64,000 nucleotides of DNA, taken from assembly GCA_964529805.1 (NCBI GenBank), contig CAZGZT010000007.1, positions 556 to 64,555 on the forward strand, given 5' to 3'. Source of the DNA: an uncultured Solobacterium sp. Lineage in GTDB: Bacteria; Bacillota_I; Bacilli_A; Erysipelotrichales; Erysipelotrichaceae. Under the pieces are notes generated by a model. That model was not told where the DNA came from. It ran no database searches and was given only the letters and a program-made list of their open reading frames with translations. Positions within the stretch are counted from its first letter, which is position 1, and each line of letters opens with the position of its first letter. This document shows positions 9,923 through 18,831 of this stretch, piece by piece. The position numbers and the translations under genes were made by a program.

Positions 9923-11875
9923 TTAAATATGGTTTATGCTTATTTCTCTGATTACTCTGTAGAACGAGTCAAAGCTTCTGCACCCCTTAAGTTTATTGCA
10001 CAAGCTTTCGTTGCTGATGATCGTGGTAACTCCTTTGTAGAATGTTTCATATCCATTATGTGCGTCACTATTGATGCAAACCATGAATATGATCGAAACT
10101 TTTTCATCTTTTTCCCACTCGATCTCTTCCGGCAGGATCGCAGCTACAACAAAGCTTTCATTATTCTCTATCATCTTGTCCGGATGAGGAATGGCTATAC
10201 CGTGATCAAAATAGGTAAAACCATTGTTTTCTCTTTTTAACACAGACTGATACAGGTCTGTTTCATCAAGAGATGCATACTTCCTTACTGCCAAATGGAC
10301 CATTTTTTTCAGCAGCGTTTCCTTTTCAACAAACATCTCGTTTGTGATGACAAGATCAGGATCGAAGAAATCCTCAAACCACAGTCTACTCTGTGTTCCA
10401 TTTAACCTTTGTTCGATAATCTTGTAATCCTGTGTAGAAACGAAATAGTTGATTCGTGGGATGCTTTCCGGAACGATATCGTATCCGGAAGCCGTGGTGA
10501 AAACCGCATCATAATTACTTAGAACAGTTCCTTCATATTCACTGATATTGATAAAATCTAATTCGGAAATCTGACCTTCAAATCTCTTCATCAGCATATA
10601 GCGCATAATCATGGTATTGCCTTTTCTTTCCGAGCTGATGATGAGAACTCTTTTTTTGTTTTTTGCTTCTTTTTTATTTGCCAACCCAAGCGCAAAATAT
10701 ACACCCAAGTAAGAAACCTCATCCCTAGAAAGATGGATGTTGTAAGTGTCATATAAATAATTAGCTCCCGTCAGGGCAATATCATACGCCAATGGATAGT
10801 TAGCTGTAATATCACTGAATATCGGATTTTTTGCTTCAAAATTGTAGTTAATCCGAAGTAGCATCGGTTTGATATGGGCAGCCAGAGACATGAATAATTC
10901 ATAATCGTTGATGAAATCAATTCCATTTTTTTCCCGGATACTTATCAGCATACCATTTACCATGTCTTCGATTTCTTCGGTAATCGTCTGTGAATCATCC
11001 ATATGTTTTTCAGATTGGAGATAAAGCGATAAATATTCTACTTCCGGATACTGAAGCTGCTTGTCGGTTTTTTCATTTATTCTTTCGGCAATCTGCTTTG
11101 CGATAGCCAAAACATGGGCACCGATGATTTCTCTTGATGGCAAGTCCAGAGAGATTACATTTCCCTGTTCAGATCTGAAAAGCGATACATACAGTTTAAG
11201 CAACAGATTCTGAAGCGTGATATCGGAAAGCAGATACCTGTTTTCAGTCAGAACTCCAACTACGATGCTCGTCAATACTTCCATCGTTGCTTTTCTTTCT
11301 TTTTCTGTTTCAAATAATCCCTGATAATACAAGCCATTGCTTAAAATAAGATTTCGGATACCTGCTTCATCTCCGATGATACGAATTCCTTTATAAGGCT
11401 TGTGTTCAAGAAACAGGTTCGATTCGCTAAGAATTTCTTTAACCTTTTTCAAATCTTTTGTCAGTTTAGATTCCGAATAATATGTTTCTTCAGCCAGCTC
11501 GTTTACTTTGACGAAACCATCATGCTGAAGCAACAGCTTGATGATTTCCGATGCCGATAACTGCTTTTCTGAACTGTTGCTGTTTTCAAGCAGAGAGAGC
11601 ATATACGTATACTGTTCCATCGAATACTCAGAAAGACGATAACCCTTGCTTGTAATAGAGATAACGTCAATGCCCTTCTCACATAAAACGCATGTAAGAT
11701 CTTTGACTTCTTTTTGAACGGTTCTGATACTGACATCCAGCTTCTGGGCCAGTTCTTTACCAGTTACGTATTCTTTATTCCCGATATTTAGTAGTTGCTG
11801 CAGTATTATGCTCTGTCTGTTGTTTAACATATCGCTCAACAGTTCTCCTTTTATCCCTTCATGTTTCCGATCCAA
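9923..11875 (-). CDS. LicR/CelR-type PRD-containing transcriptional activator (HTH-PRD-PRD-EIIB-like-EIIA-like)
   Basis: N-terminal HTH (...YVTGKELAQKLDVSIRTVQKEV...), PRD-like middle region, C-terminal EIIA-2-like ...HGIAIPHPDK... The track start at 11875 is TTG. A TTG at 11839 or ATG at 11830 behind SD AAAGGAG is more likely. Confidence 0.85.
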   Translation of the reverse strand: MDRKHEGIKGELLSDMLNNRQSIILQQLLNIGNKEYVTGKELAQKLDVSIRTVQKEVKDLTCVLCEKGIDVISITSKGYRLSEYSMEQYTYMLSLLENSNSSEKQLSASEIIKLLLQHDGFVKVNELAEETYYSESKLTKDLKKVKEILSESNLFLEHKPYKGIRIIGDEAGIRNLILSNGLYYQGLFETEKERKATMEVLTSIVVGVLTENRYLLSDITLQNLLLKLYVSLFRSEQGNVISLDLPSREIIGAHVLAIAKQIAERINEKTDKQLQYPEVEYLSLYLQSEKHMDDSQTITEEIEDMVNGMLISIREKNGIDFINDYELFMSLAAHIKPMLLRINYNFEAKNPIFSDITANYPLAYDIALTGANYLYDTYNIHLSRDEVSYLGVYFALGLANKKEAKNKKRVLIISSERKGNTMIMRYMLMKRFEGQISELDFINISEYEGTVLSNYDAVFTTASGYDIVPESIPRINYFVSTQDYKIIEQRLNGTQSRLWFEDFFDPDLVITNEMFVEKETLLKKMVHLAVRKYASLDETDLYQSVLKRENNGFTYFDHGIAIPHPDKMIENNESFVVAAILPEEIEWEKDEKVSIIFMVCINSDAHNGYETFYKGVTTIISNESLCNKLKGCRSFDSFYRVIREISINHI

Positions 11876-12723
11876 AGAGGAGAATCAATCTTTTTGAGAT
11901 GATCCTGATACTCATTTGTTCCATATAACGCATCTCTGAAGTTAATCAGTTCAATGTGATTACTGATGATCCAGTCTTTGTATTCCTTGCTTCTGGCATG
12001 AATGTTTTCCCTCACTCTATGTATATTACAGGAAGACTCGGAAAGAATCATATCATCGACAAATCCAGGATGCCAACCGTAGAAATATATCTCCTCTTTA
12101 TCAGTCCACTGAAGTCTGGTCATTGCTTCGATCGGCTGATATTCATCCCAATAATTCATATCATACATATGACCGGTGGCAATGCTGGCAGAAACGATGT
12201 GAAGATGTTCATATTTCGGATCAAGATAGTTTTTCTTTCTCCCATGGAAATCATCAGAAAGCGAGAAATAGTTGCTTGCAATATTATATTCCCGTACTAC
12301 ATCGCAGAACGCCTTTTCCATCGGAAGATCATTTTCCGGATCGCAAGGCGCAACGTCAGGATATTTTCCTATCGCATAATAACATAACTGCATTTCCGCC
12401 TTAAACTCACGATAAGCCTCTTCATATTCAACTCCAACACCACACATCTTAACATCGTGACCCCATTTGAATCTTCCTTCATCATTTACCATGCTTGGAA
12501 CTTCCTTTGCGGGAAGAACTGGTCTTCCCCATAGATGGCGATGCCAGCCAATAGAAAGCCAAGGCTTTTCTTTCAGCTTTCTTAATGCTTCGACAGCATG
12601 TTCGGCATCGAACATGACATCAGCACTGCAGCCGATATTGTCTTCGATAACTTTAAAAATACCAATATCATAGGTTTCGCTCATTCCGACATCATCGCAT
12701 CTGTATATCAATCGCTTTCTCAT
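11851..12723 (-). CDS. YdjC/ChbG-family carbohydrate deacetylase-like protein
   Basis: MRKRLIYRCDDVGMS... and ...IGWHRHLW... fit YdjC-family motifs. Start placed at ATG 12723 (SD AGGAGA) rather than the track start 12759. Confidence 0.55.
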   Translation of the reverse strand: MRKRLIYRCDDVGMSETYDIGIFKVIEDNIGCSADVMFDAEHAVEALRKLKEKPWLSIGWHRHLWGRPVLPAKEVPSMVNDEGRFKWGHDVKMCGVGVEYEEAYREFKAEMQLCYYAIGKYPDVAPCDPENDLPMEKAFCDVVREYNIASNYFSLSDDFHGRKKNYLDPKYEHLHIVSASIATGHMYDMNYWDEYQPIEAMTRLQWTDKEEIYFYGWHPGFVDDMILSESSCNIHRVRENIHARSKEYKDWIISNHIELINFRDALYGTNEYQDHLKKIDSPLWIGNMKG

Positions 12724-12807
12724 TTTTTCATCTCCTATAAAGAAAGAATGAAATATCATACCTGTCTTTTCTCTGAACCGGGATAATAATTCATTCTTTC
12801 TCTTCGT

Positions 12808-13164
12808 TTAACCTATTAGTTCAGAAACAGTCTTTTTCAGTTCACAAACCGTATCAATTATCGGAAGAATCTGATTGCATAATTCCTGCATGCTAAGTGC
12901 CATGCTTAAGTGATCGTTTGCATGGATCAGAAGAAGATCTGCAGGAACTGCTGTAGGGTTCTGACCGTATGAAGCAATCATAGAAGCTTCGTGTGAATGC
13001 GCCTCGTTCAGTTTTTCAACACCTTCCTGATATAATCTGTCGGATGAGTTTTTATCTCCGTTTATGGAAGCCTGAATAGCTTCTGAAAACAGAGCCTTTG
13101 CATCTCCGGCGCAAAGAATCATCTGAAAGCATTTTTCCTGAATAGCAGTTATTTCATTATTCAT
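12808..13164 (-). CDS. PTS lactose/cellobiose-family EIIA component
   Basis: 118-aa helical protein resembling the PTS EIIA lactose/cellobiose family in length and composition; family assignment made by eye. Confidence 0.85.
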   Translation of the reverse strand: MNNEITAIQEKCFQMILCAGDAKALFSEAIQASINGDKNSSDRLYQEGVEKLNEAHSHEASMIASYGQNPTAVPADLLLIHANDHLSMALSMQELCNQILPIIDTVCELKKTVSELIG

Positions 13165-13181
13165 CAGATATCCTCCGATCT

Positions 13182-14465
13182 TTATTCTGCAGAAGCAGTT
13201 TTTTCTTCTTCAAGTTGAGATTTTTCGTAAGCTACGAAGAACGGTTTTGTGATCAGATATCCAACACCGAACAGGACCGGAACCAGAATCAGACTCTTGA
13301 AATCACCAGTCGATAAGAACAGAGCCAAAGGTGCAGGACATGCCCAAGACGGATCGACAAACGCTCTGGAGATCAGATTCGTAGAAAATGCCAGCCAGGT
13401 AATGCTTCCGTTTACAATCGTGGTTAAGATCCAAGGAACAATCAGGTAGCTATTGAACAGTAGCGGCAAACCAAATACCAATGGTTCCTGAACACAGAAG
13501 AACATTGGAACTGCGGCAGCTCTGCCAAGCGTTTTGATATTTGGAACTTTTGAGCGCATCATCAGGAACACAACTACCCAATGGAAGCCGATAAATCCAG
13601 CAGAAATCAGTGTTGTTTTGATCCAAATATGCGGAAGTACGGTTGCTCCAGCAACTTTTGCAGCAGCATTTTCTGCAAGGAATCCAGCAACTAATGGATT
13701 AGTTATAGCAGAAGTCAGATTGTTTCCATGTAAACCGCAGAACCAGAACAGATCAACAATGATACTGATAAAGATGTAGAATGGCAATGATTCAGCAGCG
13801 CCACTGATCGGTGCAACAAGTAACTGTACTAAACTAACCACATCAATATTCAGAATGGTACGAATCAGCCAGCATAATGCACAAACAACAAACATCGGAA
13901 TAATTGCACCAAACGATTCACCAACATATGACGGAACAGTATCAGGAAGTCTGAGTTTAAAATTCTTTCTTTCAAGGAAGATATAGAGTTTTGTCATCCA
14001 CACACTGGAAAGCATTGCGACTACCAGACCATCTGCTGCAAAGTTCGCAACAGGCATCATTCCATCCTGAATTCCTTCGACAGCTAACAAGAGGAAGGAA
14101 ACGATACCTACCATGCCAGCCTTCTTTGTATCGAAATCACTGAGTTGAGCGTATGCCTGAGCAATTGTGTAAGCCGACCAGAAAGCAAGAAAATTCAGCG
14201 ATACACGATATACGGTCATAAACTTTCCTGCAATCGGAGTAAAGAAAGGAAATAAAGCAAATCCATCAATCCCCATCATTCCCGGAATAGAGAATACGAG
14301 CAGCAACATAAAGATAGAACCGATCAAAGTCATGGGCATTGTTGCCATCAAACCCATCGTAACTGCTTTAACGCCTTTGATTGATCCAATTTTATTAAGC
14401 GGTTCAGCGATCTTAATCGCCAGATCACCCAATCTATCAGTAAAGTTTTTCTTGTTTTCAGCCAT
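13182..14465 (-). CDS. PTS lactose/cellobiose-family EIIC permease
   Basis: 427-aa polytopic protein located between the EIIB and EIIA genes. Confidence 0.88.
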   Translation of the reverse strand: MAENKKNFTDRLGDLAIKIAEPLNKIGSIKGVKAVTMGLMATMPMTLIGSIFMLLLVFSIPGMMGIDGFALFPFFTPIAGKFMTVYRVSLNFLAFWSAYTIAQAYAQLSDFDTKKAGMVGIVSFLLLAVEGIQDGMMPVANFAADGLVVAMLSSVWMTKLYIFLERKNFKLRLPDTVPSYVGESFGAIIPMFVVCALCWLIRTILNIDVVSLVQLLVAPISGAAESLPFYIFISIIVDLFWFCGLHGNNLTSAITNPLVAGFLAENAAAKVAGATVLPHIWIKTTLISAGFIGFHWVVVFLMMRSKVPNIKTLGRAAAVPMFFCVQEPLVFGLPLLFNSYLIVPWILTTIVNGSITWLAFSTNLISRAFVDPSWACPAPLALFLSTGDFKSLILVPVLFGVGYLITKPFFVAYEKSQLEEEKTASAE

Positions 14466-14467
14466 GA

Positions 14468-14773
14468 TTATTCAACCCCCTCATTAATCATTTTCTTTGC
14501 TTGTTCATAAACTGCCGAACCATCCATTTTCCCGTATGCGCGAGCATCAATAACATCAACTGGAACATTGTCAACAGCACACATCTCCCTGATTTTGTTC
14601 AGTTCCAGACGAACCTGCGGGCCTAACAAAACACAGTCATAATCTTTATAATATTTATTGACTTCATTAACGGAATGAGCTTCAATCACATCATCTGGTG
14701 CAGATACCTTTTTCATGTTTTCAACCATCATTCCAGTAGTACAGCCAAGCGCACAGGCAAGTAGTATCCTCAT
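14468..14773 (-). CDS. PTS lactose/cellobiose-family EIIB component
   Basis: MRILLACALGCTTGMMV... with an N-terminal active-site Cys region. Start placed at ATG 14773 (SD GGAGGA 5 nt upstream) rather than 14806. Confidence 0.85.
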   Translation of the reverse strand: MRILLACALGCTTGMMVENMKKVSAPDDVIEAHSVNEVNKYYKDYDCVLLGPQVRLELNKIREMCAVDNVPVDVIDARAYGKMDGSAVYEQAKKMINEGVE

Positions 14774-14983
14774 ATATGTCCTCCATTTCTCAAAGATTTG
14801 TTTCATCAGCTTTCAATTGGATCCGTATTGAGAGATGACATTCGTTTCTTCTTTTTTACAATTTCAATATATCATCTTGTTTTTCAAACATCATTTCATT
14901 TATGTTGCGTTAATAATAACGAAATAATTAGCACATCTTTTTCATGATAGATCATTGAAAAAGCCATAATAAGTTTTATAAAA

Positions 14984-15027
14984 AACCTATTTCCTTGAAA
15001 TAGATCCTTGAAAAAGCCCTGCTGCAC
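14984..15027 (-). repeat. copy C (partial) of the intergenic repeat
   Basis: AACCTATTTCCTTGAAATAGATCCTTGAAAAAGCCCTGCTGC matches the hairpin and the first ~20 nt of the core of copies A/B, then diverges. Confidence 0.6.
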
Positions 15028-15174
15028 ACATACTGCTCTGTACGATGCTTCATGGGATGTCCTGAGATGCGATCTGCCATCGCTGTATATAACCTGTCCT
15101 TCTTTGTTCTTTACGGACATCATATTTATGGACAGGATCTTCTGCAGAGATACATACAGGAACAGGATCAATAC

Positions 15175-15212
15175 TAAAAAAACCGGTATGTTCTATATAT
15201 ACATATACCGGT
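15175..15212 (-). terminator. rho-independent terminator of ssrA
   Basis: Minus strand reads ACCGGTAT-N15-ATACCGGT followed by TTTTTTT, 15 nt after the tmRNA CCA end. Confidence 0.75.
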
Positions 15213-15226
15213 ACTTACAGATAATC

Positions 15227-15574
15227 TGGTGGAGTTGGAGGGACTCGAACCCTCGTCCTAGAATAATCCCACATTTAAACGTCTACAGTTTAGTTTAACT
15301 TTAAGTAAGACAGCACCCATGGCTTAAACTACCGGATACTGAATCCGTCTTTTCGGTTTTCGGATGGCAAGAGAAAGAACGAAACTTGCTTCACCTAGTT
15401 CATGTATACGACTGACTGTTATGAACCTGGCAGCCAGAAGCGCCTAAAGTCTACGTCGACTTATTGGTTAGGCAAAAGCTAATTCAGTGTTAGCGTTTAA
15501 TTTGTTTTGATGATTAGGTCATCACACCACTGCAGTTTAAATCAAACTAGACCAGTCGAAACCAATTCAACCCC
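15227..15574 (-). ncRNA. ssrA: tmRNA (transfer-messenger RNA)
   Basis: The 5' end GGGGTTGAATTGGTTTCGAC pairs with the 3' end ...GGACGAGGGTTCGAGTCCCTCCAACTCCACCA, giving a tRNA-Ala-like acceptor with G3:U, a T-arm and CCA. The internal tag frame is TGA TGA CCT AAT CAT CAA AAC AAA TTA AAC GCT AAC ACT GAA TTA GCT TTT GCC TAA (...NKLNANTELAFA*). Confidence 0.93.
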
Positions 15575-15587
15575 GTTTAGCATTTCT

Positions 15588-15616
15588 ATTAAATAACAGA
15601 AACGCCTGTAAGTCAA
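15588..15616 (-). promoter_or_regulatory. candidate sigma-A promoter of ssrA (TTGACT-17-TTTAAT)
   Basis: The -35 TTGACT (15611..15616) directly abuts the TAA stop of the 62-aa ORF. The -10 TTTAAT (15588..15593) lies 13 nt before the mature GGGG 5' end. Confidence 0.5.
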
Positions 15617-15805
15617 TTACTTCCTGCGGAAGAAATTCACCAGCAGTATGACTGCGAAAATGACGACTGCGCCAATCAGAATGATTGGGAGAACACCGAT
15701 TGCCCGTGTGACTGGATCCGGTGCAACATCCGCATAAACGCCTAAGGCAAATATACGCATCAGCAGTAAAGAGAATACAACGGTTTTCAGAATATTCTTT
15801 GCCAT
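15617..15805 (-). CDS. 62-aa secreted/anchored mini-protein (signal peptide, short Pro/Asp linker, TM helix, RRK tail)
   Basis: MAKNILKTVVFSLLLMRIFALGVYADVAPDPVTRAIGVLPIILIGAVVIFAVILLVNFFRRK. Strong SD AGGAGG 6 nt upstream of ATG 15805. This is the in-frame tail of track ORF 15617..16078. Confidence 0.6.
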   Translation of the reverse strand: MAKNILKTVVFSLLLMRIFALGVYADVAPDPVTRAIGVLPIILIGAVVIFAVILLVNFFRRK

Positions 15806-16131
15806 AAAAGACCTCCTAAAACAGATATCAGGTTCAGTATCAACGACAGAAACAGACAGTTTCTTTTTACCGGAAGATATTTCCTGTACAGGAGATATTC
15901 GCTTAATACTACTATAGGTTCCAGTAAGAGATAAGTGATGATCTGACCTTTTTCTATACCTATATGATACATCAGAAGAAGAGAAATGTAGACAAGGATA
16001 GGGTTTGTTATGAGGTTGATTAAAGCCGTCAGGAGAAGCTCTTTCTTTCTTAGACCTAGAATATAGGCAAAACCGCATTCCAGCACTAGAGTCAGCAATA
16101 ATGGCCTTAGAAAGAGGCTTAGATCATTCAT
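15787..16131 (-). CDS. 114-aa polytopic membrane protein of unknown function
   Basis: MNDLSLFLRPLLLTLVLECGFAYILG... with about 4 TMs and intramembrane Glu residues. ATG 16131 overlaps the upstream stop by 8 nt. Confidence 0.6.
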   Translation of the reverse strand: MNDLSLFLRPLLLTLVLECGFAYILGLRKKELLLTALINLITNPILVYISLLLMYHIGIEKGQIITYLLLEPIVVLSEYLLYRKYLPVKRNCLFLSLILNLISVLGGLLWQRIF

Positions 16132-17155
16132 TGTCTTCTCCTGTGGCTGCTGCAGCAAGCAGGATGATTAAGGAAGCAACGGAAGAGATGCTTCCGAAGG
16201 GATATGGAGGGATGTTACGGATCATTCCGTATAAAACAGGGAGATAGCCGATAAACAGTCCGAAGGTCAGGATTCCGAAAGCAAAGCCCGGCATCTGGGA
16301 CATGTTTCTCGCTAAAAGATAGAGAGTCAGAGGCATGGTCATGTTGAAGAGGAACAGTGCCAAGAGACCCGGAATCATCTTTGATGACAAAGCGTAGAAT
16401 ACAGCTGAAAGGATCAGCGTTACAATGATGGTCTTCTTCATTCCAAATCTGGCAGAGAGAAGACCTCCTGCCGTTTTACCAAAAGCAAGGAACACGACAC
16501 TCAGGAATACTTTCCATGGAGCATCCTTCCATGGGAAACTGATGGCCATTCCGGTCAAGGAACGAAGCACGACAACAATGAAGCAGAACAGGATCAGATA
16601 CAGGACTTTTCTGTTTACCGAAACGGTTCCTTTATCAATTGTTTCCATCTCTTTCCTGTTTCTGTATGAGACATAGGCCAACAGCAGCAATACTGCAGAT
16701 ACAGCGATCTGTATCATCAGATACTGCTTCGTATCGTAGAACAGCATGCCCAGACAAAGACCGATCGCTCCCGGTGCAACAAATACACCCAGGCCTCTTC
16801 CCTTCATTTGAGAGAGATCATCCTCATGAATGGTCAGAACACCTCCTCCCGCATGGAACAGGGCATTGCCAAGTCCCAGTACAATCGGAGATAAAAAAGG
16901 GCCAATTACCGTCAGAACGATTCCTGCGATCATAAAGACCATGGCCGGATAAAACATCTTTCTTGTTTTTCTGGACCAGGAGTCGATCAGGATGCCGATC
17001 GGCATCTGTAAGGCAAAGGCGCAGTAGTTGTATAAAAGAAATACATCAGGGACAGCACTGAAGCTGTGGTAAAGAGAAAAGGCACAGAGAAAATCGATGC
17101 CGCAGTGGCAAAGGGAATAGATCGAGATCTGCTGCAGTGCCTCTTTTCTGTTCAT
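16124..17155 (-). CDS. 343-aa polytopic membrane protein with MFS-like loop motifs, function unknown
   Basis: About 10 TMs. Loops IGILIDSWSRKTRK and GGLLSARFGMKKT resemble MFS motif A. The start is 1 nt after the DUF62 stop. Confidence 0.65.
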   Translation of the reverse strand: MNRKEALQQISIYSLCHCGIDFLCAFSLYHSFSAVPDVFLLYNYCAFALQMPIGILIDSWSRKTRKMFYPAMVFMIAGIVLTVIGPFLSPIVLGLGNALFHAGGGVLTIHEDDLSQMKGRGLGVFVAPGAIGLCLGMLFYDTKQYLMIQIAVSAVLLLLAYVSYRNRKEMETIDKGTVSVNRKVLYLILFCFIVVVLRSLTGMAISFPWKDAPWKVFLSVVFLAFGKTAGGLLSARFGMKKTIIVTLILSAVFYALSSKMIPGLLALFLFNMTMPLTLYLLARNMSQMPGFAFGILTFGLFIGYLPVLYGMIRNIPPYPFGSISSVASLIILLAAAATGEDNE

Positions 17156-17156
17156 C

Positions 17157-17999
17157 TTATTTGGTCATGGTGATCTTCCATTCCTTGCCTACGCCGATTC
17201 CGTAGACCTTGGAAAAAGATCCCTGATTGATCGCTACAGCCATGTCATAGGCCGAATTCATGTAGATTAAAGGTTCATTGATCTCAACATCCGCAAAAGA
17301 CTTGCCGTAGTTGATCTTGTTGGAATAGACCTTTACATCGTCATGGTAGATCTCTACCAGAATATCGTCGCCGAAATCAAAGCCGCAGGCCTTGAAATCG
17401 GAATAAGGGATAGAAGTCCATAAAGAACCAAAACGCACATCCAGAATATCGATCTGTCCCATGACACCGTTCGGGATCTTCTTACATCCATAGAGTTCCA
17501 GCTTTACGATATCTTCCTTGTCCATCAGAGGGCCTACCTGTTCAAAGCTGATCGTTTCCGATGCCAGTCTGGCTGCCGTGTAGGCATAAACATCTCTGCC
17601 GTGGAAAGTATAGGAGAGTTCCGAGTTCTTCAGTCTGTTGGTTCTCTCTTCGATCTCTCTGATCTCTTCGATACCGATGAAACGGTCGATGTGGGTCAGT
17701 GTACCGTTGTCAGGTGTTACGACATACTGGTTGGTTACGGTCTTGGCTACGACCGATTTTCTGTTGGAACCGACACCCGGATCGACGACCGATACGAAAA
17801 CCGTTCCTTCCGGCCAGTAAGTGATTGCCTGATGCAGACGGTAGGACGCATCAAAGATGTTGTACTGGGGAATGTTGTGGGTCAGATGACGGATGTTCAG
17901 ATCCTGAGATACGCTGTAGGATACGCCTTCCATGGCGCTGATTGCTGCATCATCCAGTCCGAAATCAGTCTGAAATACGATGATTTTATTCATGTTCAA
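17157..17999 (-). CDS. DUF62 family protein (S-adenosyl-L-methionine hydroxide adenosyltransferase / SAM hydrolase family), paralogue 2
   Basis: IVFQTDFGLDDAAISAMEGV..., FVSVVDPGVGS..., TPDNGTLTH..., FHGRDVYAY are family hallmarks. Confidence 0.85.
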   Translation of the reverse strand: MNMNKIIVFQTDFGLDDAAISAMEGVSYSVSQDLNIRHLTHNIPQYNIFDASYRLHQAITYWPEGTVFVSVVDPGVGSNRKSVVAKTVTNQYVVTPDNGTLTHIDRFIGIEEIREIEERTNRLKNSELSYTFHGRDVYAYTAARLASETISFEQVGPLMDKEDIVKLELYGCKKIPNGVMGQIDILDVRFGSLWTSIPYSDFKACGFDFGDDILVEIYHDDVKVYSNKINYGKSFADVEINEPLIYMNSAYDMAVAINQGSFSKVYGIGVGKEWKITMTK

Positions 18000-18831
18000 A
18001 TACCACCTTGTAATCCTGACCGTAGCTCAAGTCATAGTCTTTGCACAGGTTTCCTACGACTTCGGCCATGGCCATTTTATTCAATTCATTATTATAGATC
18101 ATTACGCTGTGATCGGGAGCCTTACCGAAGGAATCGTAGTAAGGGATGACCTGATCAAATACTTTTTCATCGTAGTGATAGATCAGAGCATGTACATTAT
18201 CGCCTATCTTGAATCCGGCATGCAGGAAATCCTGCAGCGGAATATTGGTCCAGAGATTGCCGAAGTTCGGATCGCAGATCTCAAACATTCCTTCGATGGA
18301 TCCGTCCTTGATGACAGGTTCGATGATCTCGTGTCTTTTAATCAGAGCCATATCATAGACAGGGCCGACTTCTTCATAGGTGATCTTGCCGCTGGCAAGC
18401 TTTGCCGCACAGTAGCCAAACAGATCCCGTCCATGGAAGATAGATACAAAACCGTTGTCTTCCCTGTGCAGTCTGTTTACCGTTTCATCGATCTCTCTGA
18501 CTTCCTCGATGCCGAAATACCTGTCGACATGCGTCAGTGAACCGTTATCCGGCGTAACGATGTAGTAGCCGTTCTTCGTTCTGGCGACACAGGCTCTTCT
18601 TGATGTGCCTACTCCCGGATCGACGACCGATACGAAAATAGTTCCTTTCGGCCAGAAGTCAATGTACTGATATAAACGGTAGGATGCCGACCAGGTATCG
18701 TACTGCGGGATCTCATGGGTAGCGGTGATGATCTCAATGTCTTCATCGACACTCTTGACGACACCGTACATTGCGGCTACGGCGCCTTCCTTGTATGTGA
18801 AGTCTGTCTGGAATACCAGCATCTTTTTCAT
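17986..18831 (-). CDS. DUF62 family protein (SAM hydroxide adenosyltransferase family), paralogue 1
   Basis: LVFQTDFTYKEGAVAAMYGV..., FVSVVDPGVGT..., TPDNGSLTH..., FHGRDLFGY. ATGA overlap with the M20 gene. Confidence 0.85.
   Translation of the reverse strand: MKKMLVFQTDFTYKEGAVAAMYGVVKSVDEDIEIITATHEIPQYDTWSASYRLYQYIDFWPKGTIFVSVVDPGVGTSRRACVARTKNGYYIVTPDNGSLTHVDRYFGIEEVREIDETVNRLHREDNGFVSIFHGRDLFGYCAAKLASGKITYEEVGPVYDMALIKRHEIIEPVIKDGSIEGMFEICDPNFGNLWTNIPLQDFLHAGFKIGDNVHALIYHYDEKVFDQVIPYYDSFGKAPDHSVMIYNNELNKMAMAEVVGNLCKDYDLSYGQDYKVVFEHE

Noticed and set aside
14800-14820. cre-like sequence TTGAAAGCTGATGA near the PTS EIIB start
   Set aside because: It mismatches the central CG of the catabolite-responsive element consensus and overlaps the rejected N-terminal ORF extension.
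14896-15171. 91-aa minus-strand ORF between the PTS operon and ssrA
   Set aside because: It runs through repeat copy C and starts within the ssrA terminator region. It has no SD and no recognisable family, so the region is treated as non-coding.
15806-16078. N-terminal 91 codons of the 153-aa track ORF 15617..16078
   Set aside because: This part overlaps the 114-aa membrane ORF in another frame and reads as a basic Ser/Arg-rich shadow sequence. A strong SD and ATG at 15805 define the 62-aa product instead.
17601-18540. 182-aa and 186-aa plus-strand ORFs antisense to the DUF62 genes
   Set aside because: They are shadow ORFs opposite two genes with clear family motifs.
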